Shown here one piece after another: positions 29,171 through 43,052 of a stretch of 64,000 nucleotides of DNA (its first letter is position 1; each line of letters opens with the position of its first letter). Location of the stretch: positions 124,001 through 188,000 of the forward strand of contig JAQGDQ010000238.1 in assembly GCA_030141605.1 (NCBI GenBank), given 5' to 3'. A program made the position numbers and the translations under genes. The notes under the pieces were generated by a model. The model worked only from the letters and a program-made list of their open reading frames with translations, made no database searches and was not told where the DNA came from. The stretch comes from Tubiluchus corallicola. Lineage: Eukaryota > Animalia > Priapulida.

Positions 29171-30664
29171 TTGCGGTATTTTTCATCTGCGAGATTGCAT
29201 TCATGATTGCAAAATAATAACAATCACGTCTGTGAATAATTTTAAGATTTTAAATAGCAATGGAGCAAGGCAAAACCTGTTGACTGTGAATTGAATAAAT
29301 TCGGGATGCACTTGCTGTTAATCTTACAGACTAAATTAAGTGAAAAGCTACGGATGGTCATGTTCCCATGAAAATACCCTGCTGAGAGGACCGTCAATCC
29401 ACACTAAAGAGATTGGTACCTGGATACATGTTAACATTAAGCGAGTTACCTGGCTTTCTAACATACTTCTTTGCCATATTTAGGCGCCATGGTTACTTAG
29501 ACACCTGTCTGGTAAATAACATCATGCACGGCGCGTCCAAAAAAAATGAAAATCAAGGTCTGAAAACTTAATGAGCCTTGTAGATTTTTTCTGATTTTTA
29601 ATCTCCAGGCATATCATAGTTAGAAACTGTTTATTCGCTTTTCGTCCACTTAACAGCCAAAATTTCTATATGCTTCACTTGTATAAATATAGTATAAATT
29701 GTATAATGTCTATAATAGATTTAAAAAATATTATCGTTTTTTTGTTACGTATGTAGTATATTTTATATAATTGCAGTATGTATTACAATTTATGTATATA
29801 TTTACAGTATTAAACGTGTATTAATATTACGTGTATTATACACTGTTCATGCAATATATTACAATTTGAAGCACAGACATTTTAAAAAACCGCATGATGA
29901 ATTCGAGTCTCGTACCAGAACGTAAACGATTTTTGAGCTTATTGCCTATAAGTCGGCAGGTGAATTAACTCAACACGCAGTATTGCACACTTCACTAGCA
30001 TTTTTTGATGTTACAGAGATAAGTGCGTTTATTACTGCCGCCAGCCACTGTGATGGCGGTGATGACAAGTATGGGGTTTTGATTGTAATGTATTATATTG
30101 TGGCGGTAGTTCAGATTTAAAGTGGTATTATTACTGCTGCCTTTTAAGTTGTGTTTAACAAGTCCGGTTTCTCCCAAATAAAAAAATTAATTCCCTGATA
30201 GAAATTTGCACGATTACTAATTTGCGGTAAGTTTAAAAAAGAAAATAAAAAAGTTCCGAACATCTTCAAATTCATATTAAGATGAGATTTTTTGATTAAC
30301 ATTAGTTGCTGATGTGGACAGAGGGGTCATGCTCAGCCTAGACACTAGTTGTAGAACACGCAGGACACAATCAGCTGCGTGATTTCGACAGTTTCAGATA
30401 CTTTTTGTTTTTTTTGGATGAAAAGGTCCAAAAAGGGGAAGGAAAATGGTAGCGTCCTTTAGCTGAAATAACGATTGCTGAGCCAGTAACAATTAATAAA
30501 ATGGCAATAACAATTGATATAACGACCAAACTAAGATTAGAAGTTAAGTGCATTGTAAAGCCTGTAGTTTTGCATGGTCCATGCTAAAGAATATAGCAGT
30601 GCACATCAGGTCAAACAGGTCTACAGCCTATAGTACGTTGACTTCGTCAAAGTACCCTTCCTAA

Positions 30665-30902
30665 GGATAGCAGTAAGGATATTTGAACATCATTTCAAAT
30701 TAATCTAAGCATGTATTATTGCTGTATTATTGCCATGTGTATTTTTGCCATGAAGTATTAAACGTATTTTTCAAATTGCTATGTGTATTTTCCAAATTAA
30801 TCTAAGCATGTATTATTGCTATGCATTTATAGATTTGCATAGCAATGCATTTATAAATAATACATGTTTAGATCAATTTGAAATATCTTCACTTTGCTAT
30901 CC
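30665..30902. mobile_element. MITE with long inverted termini and an internal duplication
   Basis: GGATAGCA..GATATTT..ATTTCAAATTAATCTAAGCATGTATTATT pairs with AATAATACATGTTTAGATCAATTTGAAATATCTTCACTTTGCTATCC. The left-arm segment is repeated at ~30793-30822. Confidence 0.7.
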
Positions 30903-32540
30903 GTTATAGCAGATAAAACCTACATGTATTTCTTTGTCTTTTTCAATTCTTTATTGGTCTTCGTCACTTTTGTTTCTTTCCGAAGAAAAGCTGTCTTTGT
31001 CTAAGCTAGCTTTTTTCACCAGAATGCCATAACCGATGGCTATAAAAGTTGGCATGCCGTAATTGCTAGCTTTCGCTCAATTTAACTCTTGCTTGTCCGT
31101 ATAGATCTGTCAAATCATAAAACTGTCGCGGAACAAATAATACCTGCACAAGCCTTTTTTGGGCATTATTCATTTTCAAGGACGCAAAATAACTGTCACC
31201 AAATGCACAACCGCTGATTAGGAAAAAGTCATGCGTGTTATATTCGAGAAGACGTTTAATTACAATAAAACGCCGACTGATATATATCTCAACTCTTTGC
31301 GTTGAAATACAATAAAAAAACGACAAAAAGCCAGCCGGTTTGAACAGATTTTCAATACGATTGCTTATTTTTATGTACTAGGAATAGTGCAGAAGCAAAA
31401 GTGCTGATTGGCTAGGTTTCGCTAACGCCAAACCTAGTTAGTAATTTCGAGTGATCGCTAGGAATAACTGCCTCAGCGCGAATTCAACTGCCATAAACTA
31501 AGTTACATGAAGCTACAAAGTAAAATAAGCTATTTTGCTGCTTTAATCATTTACCCGTTGCAAGTATCTCATTTTAGATGCTGTTTTTTTCCTATAAAGG
31601 AAATTGTAATTTCAAAAACGAAGCAAACATTTCTGCACTGGCTCAATTTAGAGAGTCAATCTCATAAATTGGCGAAGTTCCGACCCTGTCACCGCTCTGT
31701 CGGTGACTATACTATGCACTGCACTACTGTAACACACTGCATGAGAAATATTTGCGATTGGTAGAAATAAAATACATGCAACTGGTAAGAAAATAGCTTT
31801 TTCGCAGTGTAGTTTAATGTAGTTTTGTTTAAGCTAGTTTTATTGCATTAGTATTTTTACCAAAGTACTCCTGACATGACAATTCTTCTCTTCTTCTTCT
31901 TCTTCTTCTTCTTCTTGTGCTTACACATTATGGCAGACAGAAGTGGAGATTGACATTCATCGCTTGAAATATTTAAAATATTCTCAGAACGAGTCGTTGA
32001 GGGTAGCCGGAAACATCCTAACAGTTCAGCAGGATCCTAACATCATAAATTTACGCATTTGTTAATTCAAAGCCGTAGTGTCTGATTATGAGAGTTTTTT
32101 CAAGATGATTTGGGGCAGCAGAGTCAATGTCGTGAGGCTAAAGTTGTCGCTGGGGTGTGGGAGGGCCAATAACCGACATTGGGAGGTTTATCAGACTGTT
32201 TTTGAAGTTGCGATGTTCGTGTTAAACAGATGAAATCAATGGATGAAATACATCTGTATTTTACGCAAAATCGTAAACGTGATCAACAGTAGTAAAGGAA
32301 CATTAAAGTAAATCCATCAGCCAATATTATCATGTCATCTGAGTCAAAATGTTGTTTTGACCACACAACTGTTTAAGCCCATTGCTTGCCTTCTAACATG
32401 ATGCCTTCCCCGTTTGTAATAATTGATTTTTTGTATTATGTGCTTGGAGAAGAAAAATAAATTGCCTATATCTCTATGTCTCTATGTCAGTATGAGACAA
32501 ACTTAACAGATAATATACATACACTATACGTGAGCATTTA

Positions 32541-32818
32541 GATTCATATCAATTTCAATTTATCGCTCAAATACATATAATGTACATTTTCAAAACACAA
32601 TAGAGTACATACATGTGAAACAGTGCACACATATAAAATTGATTCATATAAGCTTTGTGCAAAAGGTTATTTTCAGTGATAAAATAATTAACATTTTGGT
32701 ATCATTTGTATTGGCATAGACATTGACATAGACATTGTATTGTATTGACATTGACAAGTTATCTAACTAATTAAAAGACGTACACTGATACTAAATCACA
32801 GTTAAATTTTGTACTTCT
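32541..32818 (-). repeat. Dispersed repeat copy 2 (same family as 18308-18562)
   Basis: Same blocks in the same order and orientation as copy 1. Confidence 0.7.
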
Positions 32819-35079
32819 CTGAAAAAAAGAAAAGGAGAAAATGACTTGAGTAGTATCTGTTTCAGCTATTTCAATAAAAGTTTATGAAAAATAAATAATG
32901 AATGCGTTATAAAAGAATTATGATAAAGTTTGCTGCTGTAATGCTATTTTGTTCCCTGGAGAACGGAGACGTTATTGCCGACTTAAGTTTCTTGTCCTGA
33001 TGTGGAACGGTAATGTTCGGTTATTCTATAAACATGACATACAAAGTTATGTGAGAATGATTGATACATACACACATAATGCATTTCGCAATTATTATCA
33101 ATTTTAACAACTATTTCGCAATAAAAATGATTAACTGTGACGCTGATAGATTTCTTTTCAAACCACCTTTATTCAAGTAGTCCGACACCTGGCGAACGAA
33201 CGTAAAGCGATCATATCTTGAAATTTGCAAAGATTCGCTTGATCTATCCGCTAAGCTGATACACATATTGGATTTGCCGTAGTGTCCCGTACAGAAATAT
33301 TTTTTCGTAAAAGTAGTCAGTATGGCTGGCCTTAATGGTATTCTATATGAAAAATAAAGTCGAAGCCTAATATTGAATTTAATGGTAAAGTATATTCTTC
33401 TCTATTAAATCAAAAGTTAAAAGTTGATAGTTCAGCTAAAAAAGCAAAATAATTCTTGGCAAAGTCGCTTAACGTTCTCACAATATGGTAGCCATCTTAA
33501 TGATTACTAATGAAATATAGTTTAAATTTAAGATTGCGTGGATTTTCGTAAAATTTATGTTACTGAACACTATTAACACTATTTGTTTTGCATTTAACAC
33601 TATTAATTGTTTTGTTGAAATAATTTTCGACAGTTTTAACGACAGACAATTCAGTGTTAAATGAAAATGAAATACAGTTACGCACGCACGCACGTACGTA
33701 CACACACACACACACCTTCATTAACAGGCATTCATATTTTGCATCATTAATATTTTTCCACGTTCATTGTTCAGCAAAGTTATCTGTTAAGAAAATAATT
33801 TATGTATAAATTTTATTTGTCTTAGTTCTTTAATTTCGGTGCGTGTTCAAGCAAGTATTTGAGCAGCATTCTTATTTTTACTGCATATTGTTTTTGTTTT
33901 TGTCGTTAACGCCGTTATTGGCGATGGCGTCTATTTAAAATTTAGCTGGCAGGTTAAACATTTTAATATGCACATTAGGGTCAGTCTACGTTGGTGCAAA
34001 GTTGGATGGATGGATGGAAGTCTGAAATAAAGAAGTTTGACTATCGATATGCCTGTTTTGAAAGTTAGATATGCCACGTTTCTTTATGTTATATGTTATA
34101 AAATATTTATGTTAATTTTCTTCATACTGTAGATGCACTGCAGTAGGATGCATTCAGGCGTTTTCTACTACGATTTAGCTGGAATTTCAGTTAAATAATA
34201 ACGCATTATACAAGCATTTCTTAAACAGTTCTTAAACGCTGCTATTTACCCGCCCCATGTTTCATTCATACGTTTACTTATGTAGATTACGACTACACAT
34301 GATTGTGATCATTTTTCCTGAAAGCTGTTAATTCATGCAATAATGGCGCCATGGGTTTGCGACCTTTAAATTATGCAAACGAGGGACTGTCAAGCTACAC
34401 AATTTTTTCGTGGAACATTTATACCATGGCTGCCTAGGCTGAAAAGCTTTCAATTTCAGCTGGAGATCTTGGTCACGCAGCACAGCAGTAGTCATATACT
34501 GAACAACAGTTACACAGAATGCTACTTAAAGACGTACATGCATTTACACAGAATGCATTTAAAACGTGCGTGCAATAAATAAGCGGCACACGAGGCCCGA
34601 TTGGACTTTTTTGTAAACATTTATTTGAAATAATGGCCTTTGCTAAACAGCAAATAAATGCTAATCAAGTTGCATCAGGCTGCAAAATTTGCAGTTTAAC
34701 AGGAGTGCAATTTAATAGGAAAAACAAATCTATCACAAAAAATATATAACTATTTGATTTGTTAATTAAGATAATTAAAACCGTTAAATGAACCAGTATT
34801 TTGCTGTATCATGTCAAATACAATGATGTTCTGTTCATAACTTAGTGAAGAACTATCAGAAAGAAAACTAAAATTTTTAATTGTGGGTCAAGGTTACTTA
34901 TATTAAAAGGTAAAGTGTTTGTTTGGTATAAGTTTGTTAGTCATTCTTCGAGTTCCTCTCTACTATCAACGTGCAAAGGGCATCCGATGGAAAAATATTT
35001 AATACTTTCAATTTGTAAACAGCAGATACACTTTTTTACAAGCAGCAACCATCGAATTTTTACAACTGTGGCAGTTTAA

Positions 35080-35450
35080 ACGCTCATTTAACTAAGAGAA
35101 ACCCACCTTAGTCGTGTATGGTGAATAGAGTTAAGGGGTGAACCGTACGAGTAATATTTAGGTCTATTAATGAAATTCAAGTGTTTTTTTTCAAAGAACA
35201 ACCAAAACGATTAATGGTGAGAGCTTGTTGTATGAAAACAGGAAGAGCATTCCAATCTACCACGGTGGCAGGGAAAAAAGATTTATAAAAATGTTCACTA
35301 TGTACGTTAAACAATCTATTTTCTAATTATCTAGGATTATATGTGGATACGTTTTTCTGTTAACCAGAAGCAACAAATCATGTAAATAAGATTTACAATT
35401 CTATAAAACAATATCAACTTATGAAATAACCGTGTTTTAAACAGCTATTG
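35080..35450 (-). mobile_element. CR1-like LINE relic
   Basis: The minus strand reads HSEHFYKSFFPATVVDWNALPVFIQQALTINRF, matching the SFFP.T..DWN.LP motif. Confidence 0.65.
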
Positions 35451-37234
35451 AAATTCACTGTCCTATAACAATTTAGACGTTTGTGAACCTTCATTGTTTT
35501 GCTACACATCAGTATCACATGGGAACTAGTTCGTAATGATACACAATTGATCAAACAAATTGCTACATTCTTGAGAATAATTAAATATAAAGGAAAACTG
35601 ATAATAATTGTAGTAGTTTATTTATATTTATAATTTTCACAAATCGAATCCTAGCATCGTACAATTTACATAATTAATTTGGTTTTAAATTTTAAATAAT
35701 GTCTGTAGTATTTATTCTTCAGACATTTGTAACAGGTGCTGCAATGCACAGTATACATTAGAGAACATTTATTGAAAAACTCACATAACTTTTATGCACG
35801 CTATTGTATAATAATATTATTATGTAATTAACTGTTGCTATATTTCATATATTATACACGTAGCGTATTTATGTGTAAAAAATGTATTGCACTGCTGCAA
35901 ATAGAGAATAAATTAGATTTATTATATTGCTACACACATAAGCAGCCCGTTTTTGAGTTTTCTACTGAAATAGGATCTACTTGCATTTTAACGTGTAGCA
36001 TGAAAGTTCTAAAAACAAACGTCGCGCATTTTGGACTAGACAAGAGTTGAATGGACTAACAGTGCCAAGTCAATTGAAAAAAATCCTAGACCGTATCGTT
36101 TACACCTCTTAACTTCTGAAATAATAATGGTTTGGTAAAGAGTAGCTGGTTATGGTGATCGTGATAATAGCTACGTCTGTTGCAGTACCTCTGCAAATGG
36201 CCGCCAAAATATAAGGCAGGAAACTCTTTGACCAAATACCAAACCTCATAAGCCCATAGCTCTGCACACATTTCAAACGAAAAACAGTTTCAATTGCAGT
36301 TTTCTAAAAAGATTAAGCCGTTGTCTGACCAGTCTTTTTGTGCAGACAGAAAGCCACCAGACAGTTACGAGTAAGCTGGATTTGACTCAACAGATTACCT
36401 TCCAGTGAAGATTATGGCGTCCACATCCTTAATCCAAAACTGGGATTTATTGCTATTGTAGAGCAAAGGCTATTGCTAGAATGGATCCAGCGCTCACTTC
36501 TTTTCTATAAGCACCAGTTCAATGTTTGAACATGAGATTTGCTTTTTTGTATGTTTCTTTTCAAGTTCTGAAAGCAAGTATAAGCGTTTGGACAAGTTGT
36601 TTATAATTGTTCTGGTCAAAACACGGGGCGTCTCTATAAACACAAGATTTATATATCCTATGTAAAAAGTCATAGCCAATATGAAAGTACTTATATTTGT
36701 CAGAGCCCACTGTAATGTAATCATAAGTTATGGCCCAAGCATGGCAAATGTTTCATTTTGAAATTGGTACTCATTAGTAAAATGATTACTTATGCCTTTT
36801 GAGACCCGTCCCGTTTATAGATCTGTCCCTTAACTATATTCAAAGGAAAAATAATGTGACAGTATGTTAAAGAAAAGCTGCACAATAATCCTTATTGTAA
36901 AAAAAACGTAATCTCACAAGTACAACTTACGGCAGCACGTTCTCAATGCGTTTCCGCCGTCTTTCTGTGTAATAATCGACACTAATCTGATTTTTGAACG
37001 AATTTTCCAAAACGAATTGCTAATACGTATATAATCATAACAGTTTGCCAGCAATAGGGCTTTCAAAAAACTGGTCTATTGAAATTTATGAATGAAAACG
37101 GGTGACTGCAGGCCATTTTCCGTATTAAATTTCTTAGTAACGTATTTTTTGGCACAAACTGCAAACTAGTTAAAGTGAGATACTTTTTCACGTGATTACG
37201 ATCTACGAAGGCATCAAATTACACTAGATTTCAT

Positions 37235-37421
37235 TTTGTTGCGGTTGTTGTTATTGTTATTGTTGCTGTTGTTATTGTTGTTGTTGCTGTTGTTGTTGCT
37301 GGTGTTGTTGTTGTTGCTGGTGCTGTTGTTGTTGCTGTTGCTGCTGCTGCTGTTCTTGTTTTTGTTGTTGTTGTTGTTCTTGCTGTTGCTGTTGTTGTTG
37401 CTGCTGCTGCTGTTGTTGTTG
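37235..37421. repeat. (TTG/CTG)n microsatellite
   Basis: Directly visible. Confidence 0.95.
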
Positions 37422-39122
37422 TGAAGTAATGTTAAACAGTAATTAAAACGTATTTTATTGCACCAATTTTTAATGTATTTATTAACGGTGACTTACGCTG
37501 TTGGAAATTCACAAACCTTATTCTACAATAAAAAGGGATGAAGAAAAGATTTCATTTGCTTGAAACTTGTGCATAATTTCCTTGTAACTGATGGCTACTA
37601 TGAATAGCTAACAAATTGTAAAATGCTTGCCTAGTTTGTTTTGTGTACTTTGGCAAAATTATCCGAAGCTGTACCAGAAATGCAAAACAACAATATTTAA
37701 GATTCAATGAAGGACCCAATTCTGGGTCGGCCTACGGCACAGGTGTGTAACAGAAATTATCAGCCATATCATGAAATAATCGAATTGTGGGTAACAATTT
37801 TCCCAACTCTAACAGGTGTCGTTGGGTGGCGTATCGCCTAGGTGTTAAAACGCATGCGCCACTCATTCGAGATTCCTAATTTACCGTTTTATAGTCCTCA
37901 GCGATCCCAACTTTTTAGCATTATTTTAGAAACGCAACATGTTTAATTGATCAGTATTCTGTTTACAAATTTCTGATCAGCAGTCAAACATCCCAGTTCC
38001 ATACACAGTCCGCCGTGACACCAATAAATGTGCAATTTGATTGCCACCCAGTGGTTCGGAAATTTTTATGAGCAAGCAAAATTGGGCGTGAAGCACGAGT
38101 TAGCGCCTCTAGGTCTAGAAAGTCTTAAAAACGCATTGATAGAGTAATTTTCTTCACTCTTTACCAGAGTCATAAGAAGACCACCCGCGGTCAAACAGCT
38201 TTGGCGTCTAGACTGTAACATGTAATGGCTGATATTATAGTTATCAAAACGGTACATACTGGGCAATTTATGGTAATGTCAGCGAAGATAAAAAATCGTT
38301 TTATTAAAATAACAATGAGAAGACATTCCATTATTAAATTGCGGATGAATAATAAACTCAAACGGTCTCTCACTGCACGAGTGACTAAGTCATGACGCGA
38401 GTTTGGAAGCACTTAGCGAGTATGGAAACAGTTTCTCAAATGTTTCAAGCAGCTAATAACAGCAATTTTGCAGTTGAGCACATAAATTTACACAAATGAA
38501 ATCTCTTCTTTAGCGACTGATATGTTATCGGAGACACACGCAGGAAAGGTAAAAAACCGAGCCAACTTAGAATCCCTGTCAAGCGTATAAATTCGTTTAA
38601 ACTCCAGTATTTCTTATTACAAATGAATATAAGTTGTAGAGATAATTAAAACTTCGCAAGCTTATTTTAAATATTTCAACTTTCTGAAGCTGTGAGCTAA
38701 AACTTTTTGAACAAAACAAGTAAATTAACTAAGAAATATGGCAAAACACTCAGAGAGTGCAGTCTTCAAAAACTGAACATTCATTTGGGTAATTTGAGTC
38801 AGAAGAGCTCCCAAGAAAATTATATACATCTTAGGAAACAGTATATTAGTTACTCGATTCAAAAAAGTTCACTTTTTTAAAAACTATTTTTCATAGTTGT
38901 TTTGTAGTGTGACCTTTGCAACATCTTGTTATAAAATGTAATCTTGACGTGACACAGTTGTTTGCAATTTACAATACTTGAATGGCTTCACAGATATTAA
39001 AATAATTATTGTAAAATTAATTGCATTATGACTGTGAATGCCAGCAGTTAATAAACTTTTGAAGTTTATTTCACGACAATTATTAACCCTGCGAGTAAAG
39101 AAAAGAGACATTGAAAAATTCT

Positions 39123-39193
39123 GAACTAGTGGAGATTTGAACCTATGACTCTGGGATTACAACTTTCATGTCCTCCACCTGAGCTACTAGTTC
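39123..39193 (-). pseudogene. tRNA-like sequence (SINE head or tRNA pseudogene)
   Basis: 71 nt with a perfect 7-bp acceptor stem (GAACTAG/CTAGTTC), A box TAGCTCAGGTGG and B box GGTTCAAATC. The anticodon and T stems are mispaired. Confidence 0.65.
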
Positions 39194-39412
39194 AAAATGA
39201 CACAGCTTGCATCACTTTTATAGCCTAGTCCAAGAGCGCCAACAGTACTAATGCCACTGAGTTGACAAAAAATAACAAAAGGACAACGACACTTATTTAC
39301 AGTCGCTGGTACAATAGACAACATTAGCCTTTGGCTACTATAAGCGACTATGAACGAATACAACAACACTGAGACGCGACAAATAACACAGAAAAAACTG
39401 TTGCGCAATTCA

Positions 39413-39493
39413 GGTGCTCGTGAGATTCGAACTTGGGCTGTAAGCAGAGTAGCACCCACAGTTCGTTACCTTAACCGCTTGGCCACCCGTACT
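39413..39493 (-). pseudogene. Second tRNA-like sequence (Leu/Ser-type D arm; SINE head or pseudogene)
   Basis: GTGGCCAAGCGGTTAAGG (A box) and GTTCGAATC (B box). Stems are poorly paired. Confidence 0.6.
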
Positions 39494-42312
39494 GCCACAA
39501 AGCAGTTGACACCAGAAATATAAAATTTTCACTAATTATTTGTTCTCTTTCAGTGCAGAAAAATTATTTGAAATATTTGAAGTTAAACACATTTATACAG
39601 TTAGCAGCTACTTCAATTTGGCTTAGTTTATTTTTAGCGTTGTACATAATTTTAGATAACAGAAACACTTGTTTTACAGATAGTGTTCTGATTATTAAAA
39701 ATTTTACATTATTTTTCCTCTTTAAATTAGATTATGCCCATGTGCCCAACGTACTACATTTCGCATCTTTCTTATTTTCCCCTTCAGTGGTTTTTGTCCT
39801 AAACCGCACCTAGTAGCTGACAGTATCCCTATTGTATCATGTAAGTGACCATTTCTGACCAGCGACACGTATTGTATTGCATTAGGAAAGTGACCAGTGT
39901 CCGAATCTAATGTAAATACTGAGACTAATTTATACGTCCTGGTGAATTGAGTGGGCACGCGAACACCACTTTAAATGTTTGCTAAAGTTAAATCCGTCTG
40001 CAGGTGCGCAAACTGTGATAGTCTTCAAGGGCAGAGCAAACTTGAGGTTCTTGCAAATATCAACAGTTTAACACGTTTACAAAGATGTTTCTACGTATTT
40101 TCAGAGCATTTGCATCTGGTAAAACAGCGCCAAACTAGCGGTTTGCTGCAGCGAATGCGCAGCGAGAAAACTAACTTTGATCATTTTTTAATTAGGTTTG
40201 TTCACTTAAAGTCGCTTGAGAACCCCATTGCTTTGAAACTTAAACTTATGTGCAATGATCATCGGTTAATAACAGCATGCCTATCACTTAATAATGACTA
40301 AACCATAGCCTCGCAAAAACAAGGATGTAATTAACTATTAGTGATACTAATAAGGTAAAACTGGATATATAAAGTTAAGTCATGAAAATTTTTTTTGGAA
40401 AACCTTACTTTCTCATAAACGCACTTGTTTATTTGACGTACCTGTATAATTAATTTGGGTGGCACACACGCACGCACGCACGCACACACACACACACACA
40501 CGTTGAGTTTAAAACTTTTAAATGCACCTAAACCATTTTGAGATTAATTATTTTTATGATCTTTAATTTCATTTCAATTAATCTGCGAACTGCCGCAATT
40601 GTTTGCTAAATTGTAATAAACCCATTTTGTTAAACTGTGTGTGTAAACAAAATGGGTATCTATACTCTGTTCTTATACTTAAAGTGAGAAAGCGTACAGC
40701 AACTCAGCAAATAAACTAACTCATCTCAGCAGGTACCTGCCTGATTCAGCAACAATAATTTAAAATGTAAATAAACTTCCTGATAAATATAAACAAAAAA
40801 TTGGATAAAAACTGTAAATGTATTTACCAAAAAACAGCAGCAAACAATTAATAATTTATAACAATTAACAGCTAACAATAAAATACTCTTCACTATAAAT
40901 TTTGTTAATCACAAATTCATACAAAAACAATTATTAAGAAACCAATAATTACAGCTACAATTACAATCGATACTTTCAATACACACTTTACCAAAACTTA
41001 AGTGAAATCCATACAAATACACGGTAAACAAGAAATTTTGCAAAAAGGTGTCTGAAACACATATAATTGACAACAAAGCATGTGGTACAAGGATCATTTG
41101 ATAAATAACAATTTATTTAATTTAGTAATAGAATTAAAAATTAATAACTAAATTATTAGTTGCTAATAATTTTGGACTAAAATGAACAGCAATTAAATAA
41201 ATGATGAAACTGTAATTAATTCATTAATAAAGGTTGGCATTGTAGCAAAGAAACTTTCATTATTTATTTAACACACGTTTTGCTCCATGTAGAGAAGCAC
41301 GTGTTAAATAAAGTATAATTAAATCTTTGTTTAAATGAATTTAACAAACATTGAGACAAACATTAAACAGCTTTTGAAATAAACTAATCGAACATTATTA
41401 CAATACGTGAAATTTGACAATACTGTAAACTGAACAGTTAAATAAAAAATATCTTGATTCTAACAACAGCACAGTGAAAAATAACAATTCATATTTTCAG
41501 ATAAGAACTAAAATGCAATGTTATCACTATAAAATTATGTGATCTGCTCTAACAGAAACGGTTTTTTGTTTAGAATACAGAGAGGTAATTGATACAACAA
41601 AATTATGCTACATTAGAAACTCAATGAATGCGTTTGAGTGCAAATGTGACTTTCGAAGTAATTGAGCAGTAATTCACAACTGCAAGTAAAAAAGAGTTGA
41701 AAACATAGTAAAAGAAAGTAAAAGAAATACAGAGAAATACAGCGATAGATAGTACGTAACAAAGCCTGCACATTCTAATAACACACAGAATCACTGACGT
41801 GAGTAGGTAGCAGCCGTACAGTAATTAAATGGAAAATAAATAACTCTTCAAGACAATTTAGTTGGAGAAATTTTGTCATGTTTACAAAGGTTAATGCTGG
41901 AGTATCATACTGGACAATAAAGTTTTAGAAGCAATTTTACATTATACCAGCTATTAGTATGGAAATCATCTTTTACGGAACTGCTATAGCCAAATTTGCC
42001 ATATCACTTCAAGGATTAAGTATATGAACACTTACTCAACGAATAAAAATTTCGTATAAATTAGACAAGTAAAGTTCTAGACAATTCTAGATTTATATAC
42101 TGTACGTCATACAATGCTATTAACCTTTATGTGTATTAACAAATATTAGATTCCTTTGCGGCTGCTAGCAGCTTGCTTTGTTCTAGTAGCTAGAGAAACT
42201 AGAAACATACCTAAACAACAAAATATTAATACATTTTCTATATGACTAGGATTCTATGCCAACTGAAGCAGTCAGTGGCAAGTCTGCTTGTGAGGCAGTA
42301 TACTAGTCACAA

Positions 42313-43052
42313 TTAATAAGGCTTTTCACTTGTATGTGTTCTCAGATGAGAGTGCAAATGGGCTGACCGAGTAAATGCTTTATCACATTTATAAGGCTTC
42401 TCTCCTGTATGTGTTCTCAGATGACGGTGCAAAGTAGATAAGTGCGTAAATGCTTTATCACATTTGCAACATTTATAAGGCTTCTCTCCTGTATGTGTTC
42501 TCAGATGACGGTGCAAATTAGATAACTGAGTAAATGCTTTATCACATTTGTTACATTTATAAGGCTTCTCTCCTGTATGTGTTCTCAGATGACGGTGCAA
42601 ATTGGATGACAATGTAAATGCTTTATCACATTTGTTACATTTATAAGGCTTCTCTCCTGTATGTGTTCTCAGATGACGGCGCAAAGTAGATAACTGAGTA
42701 AATGGTTTATCACATTTGTCACATTTATAAGGCTTCTCTCCTGTATGTGTTCTCATGTGATGGCGCATATTTTGCACTCGCACAAACCTTTTGCTACACC
42801 GAATGCACTTATGAGGTCTGGAACCACTATGCAGTTTTAAATGTTGTTGTAGATGTCCTGACTGTGTGAAATACTTATCACATTTTTCACACTTATATGG
42901 CCGCTCACCAGTATGAACTCTAGTATGGTGAAGAAAATGAGATTTCGTATTAGTTGAGTAGTGACAAGAATCACAAGCAAAACGTTTGCTGTTGTTGCTG
43001 AAAGTTTGACAGTTGTTACTAGGCCCGTATCTTTGCACCGTGCCTCTTGAAT
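42313..43052 (-). CDS. PRDM9: PRDM9 terminal exon: tandem C2H2 zinc-finger array (7 complete fingers and 1 truncated finger)
   Basis: Acceptor TTATTGTAG, phase 1. Repeated [11 protein letters not shown].....L..H.RTH units. Stop TAA at 42313-42315. Confidence 0.95.

Noticed and set aside
39123-39493. Functional tRNA genes
   Set aside because: Anticodon and T stems do not pair, so both are kept only as SINE heads or pseudogenes.
42313-43038. Stand-alone C2H2 zinc-finger gene
   Set aside because: The ORF has no ATG ahead of the first fingers (it starts at GTG) and is preceded by a phase-1 acceptor that joins the PRDM9 exons.
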